DNA of 64,000 bases from an uncultured delta proteobacterium. Its GTDB lineage: Bacteria; Myxococcota_A; Polyangia; Polyangiales; Houyiibacteriaceae. The notes beneath the pieces are model-generated. The model was not told the origin of the DNA, made no database searches, and worked only from the letters and a program-made list of their open reading frames with translations. The position numbers and the translations under genes are program-made. This document shows positions 7,952 through 17,969 of the stretch, piece after piece. Every line of letters starts with the position of its first letter. The first letter of the stretch is position 1. The stretch lies in contig CAVOVB010000003.1 of NCBI GenBank assembly GCA_963699755.1, positions 1 to 64,000 of the forward strand. The letters are read 5' to 3'.

Positions 7952-9439
7952 TCACTGCTTCAACGAACTCAGCGAGCCAGGTTCCAGGACGAGTCCTCCG
8001 TCCAGGTCCATGCGTCCGCGCTGGTTCCCAGCGTGCAGTCGAGGCTCCTGGAGCCGCTCAGAGAATCGGGATTGCTGTATCGGGGAGGCGACTCGTCGCC
8101 CTGGCAGAACATCTCGTCGGCGGTCTGGAAGCTCAGAATCGAAGTACAGCTCCTCGTCCAGGTTGGTGCCGTTGATGACGCACTTCTTCATCGCCTGAGC
8201 GCTGCCGTTGAAGCTCAGGGAGTAGGTCCCGTCATCCGAGAGCGCGAGGAGGCCGGTGAGAGGCCCCGTTGCACCTCCCATGACCGTGCACGCCCAGTCG
8301 GGGCCGTTCTCGGCGAAGCTCAGCATGGTGGCGGTGCCGCTGACGTCGTAGATGTTGACATCCGTGGCATGGGCCTCGAGGGTGGCCGACCAAGACTGCG
8401 TGCGCACGAAGCCGGGGGCGGGGTCGTTCCTGTCCTCGAAGCTCACGGTGAAACCACCGCGGAGCGCGTCGCTGGCGCCGACGATACGAAACTCGGTGAG
8501 GTAGATGGCGAACGCGTCTCCGGCGCCGGTGTTCTGTACGCTGACGGCGACCACCGCCGGGTCCGGCACCTGGTTCGGCGCACGGTAGACCGCGGACACA
8601 TTGCCGCTGTCGGGCGTCACCGTACCGAACGTCCCGTCCCCTCCCTCCGCGCCGTTGACCGACCAATGCCCTAGGCGCGCGCCAAAGTCGTAGACGTGAC
8701 CGTTGCTAAACGTGTACGTGCTGGGAATCCTCTCGCACTTACGAACGGCGAGTTCGGGGTGGTAAATAGCGTAGTCCGGGTTGAACTCCACCGCCTCGAT
8801 CAGCTCGTCCGGGCCGATCAACCGCTCCCCGGTGCTGGGGTCGAAGTACCAGCATCCCGAGTAGTACACCGCCTGGGTCTGGCCGACCCGCACCTCGATA
8901 GGACCCTGCGTGCTCGCAGGCAGCAGCTGGATCGCGTACAGCCCGCCCCAGTCGCTGAAGTGGGTGGTCTCCACCGACAAGGTGGAGGCGCTCTGGTCCA
9001 AGGAGGAGCCCAGGAGGACCCGATTCCAGGTGCGATCCCTGGTCTGGTAGCCGATGCCCAGGTACTCGGGCGCCGTGCCGGCCAGCATGGCCTCGGTCCA
9101 GCCCAGCGTCACCCTGGCCGGGGCCGCCAGAGTTATCCCCTCGGGTCCCAGCCGGTACGCCCCCCCGAACCCCGTGGGCGCCTCATTGCTGATGGGTGTG
9201 ACAGAGATCTCGGTATCCGCAGCGAGAGCGCCCGGCGGGATCTCCAGGGTGAGCATGGCGTCGCCGCTGACCAGCGAGCCGCCCTCGGGGCCGATGGTAG
9301 CGGTGACCGCCGCCCCCATGGGCGTTCCGATCGCGGTCGTAAGGGGGCCGTCGGGGGTGGGCGCAGAGCTCCCGCTGCCGGAACAGCCGGCGGCGAGGAC
9401 GAAGCCGAGAAGCCAACCGAGAAAATCCTTCGAGCCCAT
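7952..9439 (-). CDS. Secreted lipoprotein, ZU5-like N-terminal region
   Basis: GGAGG RBS, lipobox AAGC, IGPEGGSL..LEIPPGAL..YRLGPEG..TTHFSDW. Confidence 0.8.
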   Translation of the reverse strand: MGSKDFLGWLLGFVLAAGCSGSGSSAPTPDGPLTTAIGTPMGAAVTATIGPEGGSLVSGDAMLTLEIPPGALAADTEISVTPISNEAPTGFGGAYRLGPEGITLAAPARVTLGWTEAMLAGTAPEYLGIGYQTRDRTWNRVLLGSSLDQSASTLSVETTHFSDWGGLYAIQLLPASTQGPIEVRVGQTQAVYYSGCWYFDPSTGERLIGPDELIEAVEFNPDYAIYHPELAVRKCERIPSTYTFSNGHVYDFGARLGHWSVNGAEGGDGTFGTVTPDSGNVSAVYRAPNQVPDPAVVAVSVQNTGAGDAFAIYLTEFRIVGASDALRGGFTVSFEDRNDPAPGFVRTQSWSATLEAHATDVNIYDVSGTATMLSFAENGPDWACTVMGGATGPLTGLLALSDDGTYSLSFNGSAQAMKKCVINGTNLDEELYFDSELPDRRRDVLPGRRVASPIQQSRFSERLQEPRLHAGNQRGRMDLDGGLVLEPGSLSSLKQ

Positions 9440-9735
9440 TGCGCACCTCCGTCGAACGGTCATTCCGAGCACCTAGCCCGGCTGAACGTACTAAGTGTAA
9501 AGTGTAGGACATTTTTAGTGTAGGACCTTTTTAGTCAGAAAACGCTAGCTGGTTCGGCGTAGGGCGCTGGAGCTCGGCGGAGTTCCGCGGCGCTTTGGTG
9601 GGGCGGTGAGCGTCAAATGGCGAGCTGGCTCACGAAGATGCTTATGGCTGGTGGGTCTCTGGACGTACATCGGCATGGTCGCGCGCTGGGCGTAAACAAC
9701 CTGCCCCGCTCTTGGGGTTCTCACGGCGAATCGAG

Positions 9736-9948
9736 TTACTCGGCGTGGGCACCGACGCGGGTCACGAAGCTGTCGCCGTCTGCGTGGTCGTCATCCCAGC
9801 CGAAGACGACCTGCGGCGGCGCACGCGCGGGGGCGATTTGCGGCTGGTCATTGGGCCAGCCGAGATGTGCGAGGATTCTGCGGATGGGCTCGGGCTCGGT
9901 GAGAAACGCGAGGACCTGCTCGCGTTCGCCGCAGCGCCTGCAGCGCAA
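9736..9948 (-). pseudogene. IS91-family transposase C-terminal remnant
   Basis: CRRCG..VLAFLTEPEPIRRILAHLG..IAPARAPP is the typical C-terminus. Confidence 0.7.
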
Positions 9949-9980
9949 GACGTCGTTGCGGAAAACGCGTTTGATAAGTT

Positions 9981-10126
9981 GCGCTCTCTTAGCCCATCGA
10001 GCTCAGTCTCAGAGCCGAATTTCGCCGCACTAGCTTGTTATGTCGACTTGCGGTGCACTTCGTCCCGCATTCCGATCGCCGGACAGGATCTCCACTCCGT
10101 CTCTGTGCAACTCACAACTCCCTTCC
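9981..10126 (+). repeat. Repeat family D (CTCTTAGCCCA..GAGCCGAATTTCGC.GCACT)
   Basis: Copies at 16291-16431, 38837-38885, 14633-14648 (partial), 19860-19909 (inverted). Confidence 0.75.
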
Positions 10127-10315
10127 TTCGTTAGAAAGGCGTCGTTCCCGCTCTCGTAGAAGGCGAATCGCACGGGCGTCGCGCTACGCCGCGTGGTTGG
10201 CGACGATGTGGCGCCAGGTGCCCGGATGCCGGGTCCTCTGAATCGCTCTCCGTCGGACCGCGAGCTTTCTCTTGAGCGCCGAGTCGAGACGCGTCCAACA
10301 CGAGGTGGCTTGGAT

Positions 10316-10477
10316 TTTGACACGTATTTGGCGCGGAGATCTGGAATGGCCTGATATGGGATGATGGTCCCGAGCGCCGGCCAGGCATCTAAGTCTCAGT
10401 TATCGTTTGCGAAGTGTCTCAAATGTTGGGATTGACTGAAGCTAAGAAATGGGTCGTTGTAGAGCTCATAACCCGAA
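10316..10477 (+). repeat. Right arm + truncated tRNA anticodon-loop att junction
   Basis: TTGACACGTATTTG at 10317 and GAGCTCATAACCCGAA at 10462-10477. Confidence 0.6.
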
Positions 10478-10672
10478 AGCTCAGCAAGCGTGACGAGCTC
10501 AGGGAAGGGCCCGTTACAAAAAGCGAGCTTCGTTGCCGCTTCCGGCGATCGACTCGAACGGTGTCTCGCTGCGCCACCTGCGCCCCCATGCGCCAAACGC
10601 GGGTGTCACGTGTTCTGAGCCGAGCGTCGCCCGAGGCGGCGTGCACAGTCTCTCCGTGACCCAAGAGGGCCT

Positions 10673-11221
10673 TTGATGTTAGGATGGGCCGTGTTCACAC
10701 TCACTCCACGTGATGCCGACTTCATCGACCAGGCCGCGGAACGGATCACGACGATCACGACCGTGAACGGCACCCCCGAAGAGGTGTGGGCGGTGCTCGT
10801 CGACAACGAACGCTGGCCCGATTGGTTTGCGGCGGCGAAGGACTGCCGCACCACCTCCGATCGGGCGGAGGGGGTTGGCGCCACCCGCTGGATTCACATC
10901 GACTTGTTCAAGGTCAACGAACGATTCATTGCCTGGGACCCCGGGCGTCGTTGGGCGTTCACGATTCTGGACGCCAACCTGCCTGGGATCATCTCCGTCG
11001 TCGAGGAGGCCCGGCTCGAACCGATTGGTAACGACCGGACCAGGGTGACCTACGTCATGGCCGCTGACGTGGCCCTGTACCTTCGGCCGCTGGTCCCTGT
11101 GTTGCGATGGCGCCTCACCAGAATGTTCGAGAAGGGTCTAGCGGGCATCGAGGCCCAGGTCGCACGGCTTCGCAGTGAGGCGGCTCCACGCCCGGAAAGC
11201 GTTATCACCGACTCGATTTGA
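10673..11221 (+). CDS. SRPBCC/polyketide cyclase family protein
   Basis: TPEEVWAVLVD..WPDW..GVGATR..ERFIAWDPG. Confidence 0.85.
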   Translation: MMLGWAVFTLTPRDADFIDQAAERITTITTVNGTPEEVWAVLVDNERWPDWFAAAKDCRTTSDRAEGVGATRWIHIDLFKVNERFIAWDPGRRWAFTILDANLPGIISVVEEARLEPIGNDRTRVTYVMAADVALYLRPLVPVLRWRLTRMFEKGLAGIEAQVARLRSEAAPRPESVITDSI

Positions 11222-11275
11222 GCGCGCCGTCTCCGAGCTCTCTTTCGGGAGCATCGGCAGCGAATGAAGACCGAC

Positions 11276-11420
11276 CTAAGCCAGAAGCTCCGCGCGGATG
11301 GCGTCGAGGCCCTGTTGCAACCGTTCTCTGAAGAGCCAGACGATTGGAATGGCGAGCAGATAGGCGAGGGCGGAGGTCAGACACGAAGGTGTAGGTCCAG
11401 ACGATGCGTGTGCCGCCCTG
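11276..11420 (-). pseudogene. SRPBCC C-terminal remnant, paralogous to 46842-47360
   Basis: GGTRIVWTYTF / QQGLDAIR.ELLA shared at DNA level. Confidence 0.7.
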
Positions 11421-11424
11421 TTGG

Positions 11425-11575
11425 TCATGGCTGCGACGGCTTCGGGGGGCTGCGGCATGGCTCCGTGTCTGGCACACTCGGCTTTCCCGAGTTAGCTCGG
11501 CGATTTCATCTTTGATTACCGGCGTGTCGCAGTTGCGAACACGGATCATGGAAATGTCTGCGGATGCAGCAGGGC
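11425..11575 (-). mobile_element. 5'-end remnant of the DDE transposase element
   Basis: Homologous to 21600-21830 and 35860-36070. Confidence 0.7.
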
Positions 11576-11657
11576 AGTTCGTGACGGTCATTCGCAAGAT
11601 TCTAGTGCTTTCTTTGCCACCAAGTAGTGCGCTCGGACATCCGAAAGTGGGGCAGCT

Positions 11658-12896
11658 GTGACGGAGGAAAAAACGAAGACAGCCGGTGCCACCCAAGCCT
11701 CTGACTCGGGGTTGACTGAATCCATGGAAGAGATCCTTGGTTCGCTTGCGACTCGCTTTGACACATCGGTTCTCGATGGTTCCGAGCAGAACGCGCGAAT
11801 TCGGGCAGTCGTAGTCAACGAAGGAGAGTGGGATATTGCCATTCACGGCACGGAACTTCAGATCCGTCGAGCCATCCGGGGCAGCGTTTGCGATGCGCGA
11901 CTCATCGCCGATCGGGCCACGTGGTTGTCGATTGGACAGAATGCACGAGGCGGTTTGGCCGCTTACCGGGCTGGTCGCCTCATCGTCCGGGACAATCTTC
12001 ACTTGGGCGTTGCAATTCTGGCGGCGACCAGCGGTTTTCACGACACCAGACGCGTTCGATTTGAACGGGTGTCGACACCTTCCGGAACGCTGTCGGTAGT
12101 GCGGGCGGGCGCCGGTGAACCGGTACTGATGATTCATGGGCTCGGGGCAACCAAGATCTCTTTCCTCCCGACGGTCGCGGCGCTCGCTGGCCAATTCGAG
12201 GTCGTCGCTGTTGATCTGCCGGGCTTCGGAGATTCGGACAAGCCGCTCTGTGCGCGCTACGATCCACCATTCTTCTGCGGGGCTGTAGTCGAGCTCATGG
12301 ACGCACTCGGCATCGAGCGCGCGTCGATCGTGGGCAACAGCCTCGGGGGCCGAGTTGCCATCGAACTCGGACTTCGCCACCCAGACCGAGTTGACCGCCT
12401 CGTGCTCTTGTCTCCCTCGCTTGCTTGGCGGCAAAAACGCGGATGGATTCCTCTTGTTCGGCTCCTTCGCCCCGAGCTCGGGCTGCTCCAACTCGTGCCG
12501 AACGACGCCGTAGGAGCTGCGATGAGACTGATGATTCCCGGCGCTAGGAGCGGGTGGGCACAGGCGGGAGTCGATGAGTTCTTGCGAATGCACAGTACCC
12601 GAGGTGGACGCTTGGCGTTCTACTCGGCCGTTCGGAACATCTATCTTGAAGAGCCGGACGGCACAAATGGATTCTGGACCAGACTTGCGGGTCTGGACGC
12701 ACCGAGCCTTTTCATTTGGGGCAAGAACGACCGACTCGTCCCAGTGGCCTTCGCGCAGCATGTACGCCATGCGCTTCCCTCCGCGGAGAACATCGTCATT
12801 GAGTGCGGTCACGTGCCGCAGATTGAGCAACCTAAAACTGTTGAACACGAGATCTCGCGCTTCCTTGGCAAGCCGGCAATGACGACGACCCGATGA
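11658..12896 (+). CDS. Alpha/beta hydrolase with SCP2-like N-terminus
   Basis: IHGLG, DLPGFGDS, GNSLGG, WGKND, CGHVPQIE. Confidence 0.9.
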   Translation: MTEEKTKTAGATQASDSGLTESMEEILGSLATRFDTSVLDGSEQNARIRAVVVNEGEWDIAIHGTELQIRRAIRGSVCDARLIADRATWLSIGQNARGGLAAYRAGRLIVRDNLHLGVAILAATSGFHDTRRVRFERVSTPSGTLSVVRAGAGEPVLMIHGLGATKISFLPTVAALAGQFEVVAVDLPGFGDSDKPLCARYDPPFFCGAVVELMDALGIERASIVGNSLGGRVAIELGLRHPDRVDRLVLLSPSLAWRQKRGWIPLVRLLRPELGLLQLVPNDAVGAAMRLMIPGARSGWAQAGVDEFLRMHSTRGGRLAFYSAVRNIYLEEPDGTNGFWTRLAGLDAPSLFIWGKNDRLVPVAFAQHVRHALPSAENIVIECGHVPQIEQPKTVEHEISRFLGKPAMTTTR

Positions 12897-13165
12897 CCAA
12901 GGCACTTGAGGGATTTCGGACCAGTGGAAATCTGACAGGCGGCATCGTCACGAAGGGTCAACGCACGGAACACCACTCCCACAATTTCTCCCACACGCCA
13001 CGAAACAACCAGAAACGACACGCAACACCCGGAAACAGGTTCCCCTTTGTTTTGCAGGGATTTCTCAATGATCCTGGTCGCTCAGTTTACGTATGTCGCC
13101 TGGCGCGCGAACCTGAAAGGGCGTTTATAGGGACTAGGAGCCTCGTGCACTGAGGGAAGGTTGTC

Positions 13166-14344
13166 ATGAGGTACCTAGTTGCCTTTGTGTTCTTTGTCTT
13201 GGCCGTAGGGACGCTGCGCGTCGTGGGTTGTGGCGAGACGACGGGCCCCGGTGGCAGTGGTGGTAGCGGTGGTTCGACTGGTGCTGGTGGTGGAGGCGTC
13301 GGCGGGGATGGCGGAACCGGTGGAGATGGTGGCGTCGGAGGCGACCCCATCGCGGACCTGGTGGACAAGATCCGGACCGAGGTCGACCCCGCGTTCGTGT
13401 ACGCGTACGAGCAGACCAAGTTCGTGCCGCCGGCGGGTAAGACACTGCTGATCGTGGGGCAGACGTTGGAAGACATCAACGAGTACACCGCCAGCTTCCC
13501 CAATGAGCCGGCGCCGGGCGGATGGGCCATGGGTTGGGGCATCCCCAGCACCGATGGCCTGGCGAATACGTTAGTCTCCGATTACGGGGATAGTTTTAAC
13601 CATCAGGAGCTGGTGGATCGCTTTCCCAACACGGTGCTGCAGAGCGGGCTATGGCTGGTGGGTATGGGAGATGTTGCCAAGGACACCGGGCTCGGCGTGT
13701 ATGACGACGTCATTCGAGGGTTCAGCACCTGGGCAAAGACGATCAGCTGTCCCATCTACCTCCGGATCGGCTACGAGTTCGACGGCTGGCACAACGAGTT
13801 GGAACCGTCGGAATACGTGACTGCGTATCGGCGATTCGTCGACATCACACGTGAAGAGGGCGTCAACAACGTCGCGTTCGTGTGGCACTCCTACGCAGCC
13901 CCACCTTACAAGGGTTACCCGCTTGCGTCCTGGTACCCGGGCGATGACTACGTCGACTGGGTGGCAGTCTCGCTGTTCGGTCACCTCTACGGCGCCGACC
14001 CGGGTCCGGACGCCAACGCCGTGTTCGACTTCGCGAAAGCGCACAGAAAGCCGATGATGGTCGCCGAATCGAGTCCGTTCTTAGGGATCTTCGAAGACGA
14101 CCTGGATTCCTGGGACACGTGGTTCGTCAACTACTTCTCGCTGGCGTACGAAAGGAACATCAAGGCGATCAGCTTCATCAACGCAGACTTCAACCGGTAC
14201 CCTTTTTTGGTAGAGCTAGGGTGGCAGGATGCACGGCTACAGAACAACGAGACGGTGGCCAAAGCGTGGTTCATGGAAATCGCCAAGGATCGCTACCTGA
14301 AGCAGTCACCGCAACTGTTCGAGCAGCTGGGCTTTTCACCCTAG
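13166..14344 (+). CDS. GH26 lipoprotein (beta-1,3-xylanase/mannanase-like) copy 1
   Basis: IYLRIGYEFDG, WYPGDDYVDWV, MMVAES; lipobox VVGC. Confidence 0.85.
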   Translation: MRYLVAFVFFVLAVGTLRVVGCGETTGPGGSGGSGGSTGAGGGGVGGDGGTGGDGGVGGDPIADLVDKIRTEVDPAFVYAYEQTKFVPPAGKTLLIVGQTLEDINEYTASFPNEPAPGGWAMGWGIPSTDGLANTLVSDYGDSFNHQELVDRFPNTVLQSGLWLVGMGDVAKDTGLGVYDDVIRGFSTWAKTISCPIYLRIGYEFDGWHNELEPSEYVTAYRRFVDITREEGVNNVAFVWHSYAAPPYKGYPLASWYPGDDYVDWVAVSLFGHLYGADPGPDANAVFDFAKAHRKPMMVAESSPFLGIFEDDLDSWDTWFVNYFSLAYERNIKAISFINADFNRYPFLVELGWQDARLQNNETVAKAWFMEIAKDRYLKQSPQLFEQLGFSP

Positions 14345-14777
14345 TCCGCAGCGGCCTGTGGTCGTCCTTCGGACCTCGATGGCGTTCGTAGGCATGCAAC
14401 GGCGCTGTCCAAGCGTCTGCCTCGCTCGCTCAGCACCGCGAACGTGCAACTCGTTGCATGCGCATCCAATCCTATGTAGCGTCTCTTTTCCTATGCTCGG
14501 CAAGGGCATGTCGGGGTCGACGTAGATCTTGAAATTGACCTGGGTCTGCTTGCCGTCGACGACAGAAACGATGTCGTCGATCGGCTGGTCGATAACAGCA
14601 ACGGCGTGGCCCCAGGAAATGTCGGAGCCTAGCTCTCTTAGCCCATCGGTACCGCGCCCAGTGCAAAGACACTTCAGGAAGGTGGCGCGTCGAGCACGCG
14701 GGTGGGAACAAGCAAGCTGCGGTCCAACCCCTCGCGCGTCGGAGGCGTGAGGCCGCCAAAAGGTGACCGACCGCACG

Positions 14778-14897
14778 ATCGAGATGTTCGATCCGGGCGA
14801 ACCGTTCGATGCCCCGGTGTGTTCGTTGGTGCTCTGCAGGGTCGACGAACCGGAAACGGTGCTGCGCCAAGTGTTTTCGCTGCTGCGACCCGGCGGT
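14778..14897 (+). pseudogene. SAM-methyltransferase internal fragment
   Basis: FDAPVCSLVLCRVDEPETVLRQVFSLLRPGG. Confidence 0.6.
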
Positions 14898-15151
14898 CAC
14901 GGCGGAAGCTCCGGACGTGACCAACCGTGATCTCCGGTATCTGTCGGATGGATCGAGGCTTGACGATCCGGCACCAAGCATGCTGCCATCACCTCCTTGG
15001 CAGTCAGACCCTTGAAGGAGCTGTCGAGACCTTGTCTTCGGGGAGAGCGTTCATAGACAAGGTGTGCAGGAGGAAAGGGCTGTGTTTGGAGTTACGGCAC
15101 CGCGCTCACGTTTCCTAACCGTCCAGCTTCCCCAAAGCGAGACCAGAGGCT

Positions 15152-16111
15152 ATGCATACTTCAAACGCCGAAACCCGCTCCAAGACCTTCCCGCCCCATC
15201 GGCCGGTCAAGTTTCCCGACGCGAAACAAGCCCCAGCCGTGCCACAGGGCGTAAGCGGCCAATTCAACCGCTCATTCGACGATCGTTTGTGGCTCTTTAC
15301 CCGGCAATGGGAGCCCCCTGACGATCAGCCGGTGAAGGCCACGCTGATCATCAACCACGGAACAGTGGACCACAGCGGCGCCTATCAAGAGCTCGGCGAA
15401 CGACTGGCCCGGGAGGGCATCGCCGTTTTCGCCTCGGACATGAGGGGATGGGGCCTGAGCGACGGCGAGCCCATGTACATGAATGACATGGAGACATTCG
15501 TCCGCGATGTCGTCTCCCATTACGAGCGCATCCATCGCTCGGACCACCACGGCCGGGTCCGCTCCCGCTTTCTGCTGGGCAAATCCATCGGCGGACTCAT
15601 CGGGGCCATGACGGTTGCATCGCATCCGGATCTTTTTAGCGGTCTGATCGGGCTTTCCGGCGTGTTCAAGATCGACCCGGCCCAGGTGCCGCCGGCGCCG
15701 GTTGTTACGATTCTGAGACTGCTTGCTCGGATCTTTCCCAAAAAAGGATTCCGCCGGCCTTTCGACCCCAAGCTCATCACAAGTGACCCCGAAGCCTTGC
15801 GCAAATGGGAACAAGACCCCCTGGCATCCAAGCAGAAACTCACCTTTGCCTACGCGATCGAATTTGTCCGGTGTCAAGCCCTGCTGCCCGAGCTCGTTCC
15901 CGCCATCAAGATTCCCATGCTGATGCAGTGGGGAAGTGAGGACAAGGTGGCAACCCTGGCGGGACACAAAATGATGATTGAAGATTCCGGAAGCAGCGAC
16001 ACCACCCTCAAGATCTACGAGGGGGGTTATCATAATCTGCTCAGCGAACCCGCCCTGAAAGACCAGGTCATGACCGATATTCAGGAATGGATCATCGGAC
16101 GCAGCCAGTAG
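15152..16111 (+). CDS. Monoacylglycerol lipase-like alpha/beta hydrolase
   Basis: HG..DHSG.Y, DMRGWGLSDG, GKSIGG, YEGGYHNL. Confidence 0.9.
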   Translation: MHTSNAETRSKTFPPHRPVKFPDAKQAPAVPQGVSGQFNRSFDDRLWLFTRQWEPPDDQPVKATLIINHGTVDHSGAYQELGERLAREGIAVFASDMRGWGLSDGEPMYMNDMETFVRDVVSHYERIHRSDHHGRVRSRFLLGKSIGGLIGAMTVASHPDLFSGLIGLSGVFKIDPAQVPPAPVVTILRLLARIFPKKGFRRPFDPKLITSDPEALRKWEQDPLASKQKLTFAYAIEFVRCQALLPELVPAIKIPMLMQWGSEDKVATLAGHKMMIEDSGSSDTTLKIYEGGYHNLLSEPALKDQVMTDIQEWIIGRSQ

Positions 16112-16614
16112 CCGTGAGCCGACAGCTATCGACCCATCTTTTTCATGACACATGCGTTTCTCAGAACGCTCACCCGCGGCAATCATTGCGAAATCGAAGC
16201 CGAGACAGCCCAGGGAAGGGCAGACGTGGGAGACATGCTCACCGCCGAGATCCTCGGCAGCTTGGCGCGCAACGTTCTTTCGACCTCGAGGCTCTCGTAG
16301 CCCACCGGGCTCAAGCCGAGAGCCGAATTTCGCGGCACTGAATATCGTGTCGCGTGGCGCACTTCTTTGCCGCGTCTGGATCCGCTACCCTTAATTTGAC
16401 TCCATCTCCCTGCATCTCACAACTCCCTTCCGATGCCGACTGCGCCAACCTCTACCGCTTCCTCGTCGAGCGTCGTCAACTCTTCGCGCGGGTGGGGTGC
16501 TTCCCGAACGCGACGTTCTTCCACATGGATGTGGGTCGAAGCCGAGGGATTTGGTTTGATGGGAGGGTGGGGCGAGAGTGAGCGTGCTTCAGCTAGCCCT
16601 TCGGATCCTTCATA

Positions 16615-16629
16615 GGGCTCATAGCCCGA
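16615..16629 (+). repeat. Short tRNA anticodon-arm att remnant
   Basis: GGGCTCATAGCCCGA, ~190 bp after a family-D copy. Confidence 0.45.
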
Positions 16630-16668
16630 GCGTCGGATCTTCGTATTAGGCAATCTGAGACGGACGGC

Positions 16669-17010
16669 TCAGGACTCAGACCAGAACAAGGCGAGCCAGA
16701 CGGTGGGCGCGTCTGGGCTCGTCCACGTGACTTGGTGCTTTCTGTGCGCCGGTATGAACGCAGCGTCGCCCGGGCCGAGTTCAACTTCGCCATCCTCGTC
16801 TTCATAGCGTAGCCTTGCGAGGCCGCTCAATACGATTACCCACTCGTGTTCCGACTGGTCGTACCAAGACGACTCCGACGATGCATGCCCGGTCGAAACG
16901 ATTCGTTCAATCCGGAGGCTGGGCGTACGGAGGAGCTCGTCGATCTGCTCCTCGTCGAGTGACCTTGGAAGATCTTGGAGCAACCGAGGATGCCTCGTGT
17001 CGCGCGTCAT
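16669..17010 (-). CDS. Cupin domain protein
   Basis: RIERIVSTGHAS..WYDQSEHEWV..IPAHRKH.V.WT. Confidence 0.88.
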   Translation of the reverse strand: MTRDTRHPRLLQDLPRSLDEEQIDELLRTPSLRIERIVSTGHASSESSWYDQSEHEWVIVLSGLARLRYEDEDGEVELGPGDAAFIPAHRKHQVTWTSPDAPTVWLALFWSES

Positions 17011-17068
17011 TGCTCTAGGCGGGGCTTGCGGTTTGGCAACCATGGCGCGTCGACGAGAAATCTCGCCA

Positions 17069-17770
17069 CTACCCAATCCATGCGAGCGATGACGCGATGA
17101 CGTCTTTCGCATTTTCTCGAATGATAGGGCCGTGGGCGACAATGAGCTGGCGCGGATTCCAATCGAGCACGGTGTCGCGACCCGCCCGCGCAACCGCTCG
17201 CTTGCTAAACGTCGCCCGCCACTCGCGGGGAGTACTCCCGTCGGGGCCGACCATTCCATCAAGCTGCATGGCCCATCGCCGCCAGTCCGAAAACGCGCTC
17301 TTGTCATGCTTCTGAATCAAGTCACACACGAGTGCGCTCCGCGATGGGCGATGGAAGAACACCACTTCGTTCATGACGAAGCTTCCACCGATCACGGTCT
17401 GAACGATCTCGTTCTGCCACTCGGATGGCGATTCATCCCCGAGCTCGGCGGAGAACGTCAGGTCCGGCCGCTTCTTCGCGAGTCCGGGCGCTGCATACAA
17501 GCGAGCCTCGGGGTATCGCTCGGCCCACTCGGTCAGGAACAAGTGATGGAGCTTGTTCGGGGCGACGAGGTGGCGGACCTCGCCAAGCTTCTCCAGCTCT
17601 TCGGCTAACTCCGAGGTCAACGCAATCGGCGACCACAGCCAGAGCTGCCGGTTGGCGAGCCGCGCTATGGCCATCCGCGTCGGATAGGGAAAGCTGTAGA
17701 AGGACACGATCGGACCCTCGACGGTCCATAGTTCTTCACCGACTGGGTTGAGCACGGGAGGAGTATACAA
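17069..17770 (-). CDS. DUF4336-like protein
   Basis: YPTRM, LWSPI, VAPNKLHHLF, EVVFFH..CDLIQ, IVAHG. Confidence 0.8.
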   Translation of the reverse strand: MYTPPVLNPVGEELWTVEGPIVSFYSFPYPTRMAIARLANRQLWLWSPIALTSELAEELEKLGEVRHLVAPNKLHHLFLTEWAERYPEARLYAAPGLAKKRPDLTFSAELGDESPSEWQNEIVQTVIGGSFVMNEVVFFHRPSRSALVCDLIQKHDKSAFSDWRRWAMQLDGMVGPDGSTPREWRATFSKRAVARAGRDTVLDWNPRQLIVAHGPIIRENAKDVIASSLAWIG

Positions 17771-17866
17771 CCGACGGAGCGCATCGACAGGGCTGCATCG
17801 GCCGGTCGCGTCAACCTCGATCGGATCTTTGGTACCACATGGCCTTCATTCCCCGAGATTCCAGCC

Positions 17867-17941
17867 TTACGCAGCAATCACCACCTCCATCGGCACCCCG
17901 AATTCCACCGGACAACGCTGTGCGTAACGGGCCCCCGCAAC
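17867..17941 (-). repeat. LSR attR arm copy 3 (..RYAQRCPVEFGVPMEVVIAA*)
   Basis: 75-bp repeat; stop TAA. Confidence 0.92.
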
Positions 17942-17969
17942 CAATGATGTTGGGCACTTAGTGAATCGG

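Noticed and set aside
11205..12905. Long shadow ORFs (also 25885-27093, 27535-28770, 51317-52777, 55612-57054)
   Set aside because: Antisense to well-supported genes in high-GC DNA, with no motifs.
16430..16560. Peptidase M15/YcbK-like C-terminal fragment (VGCFPNATFFHMDVG)
   Set aside because: Too short to call confidently.
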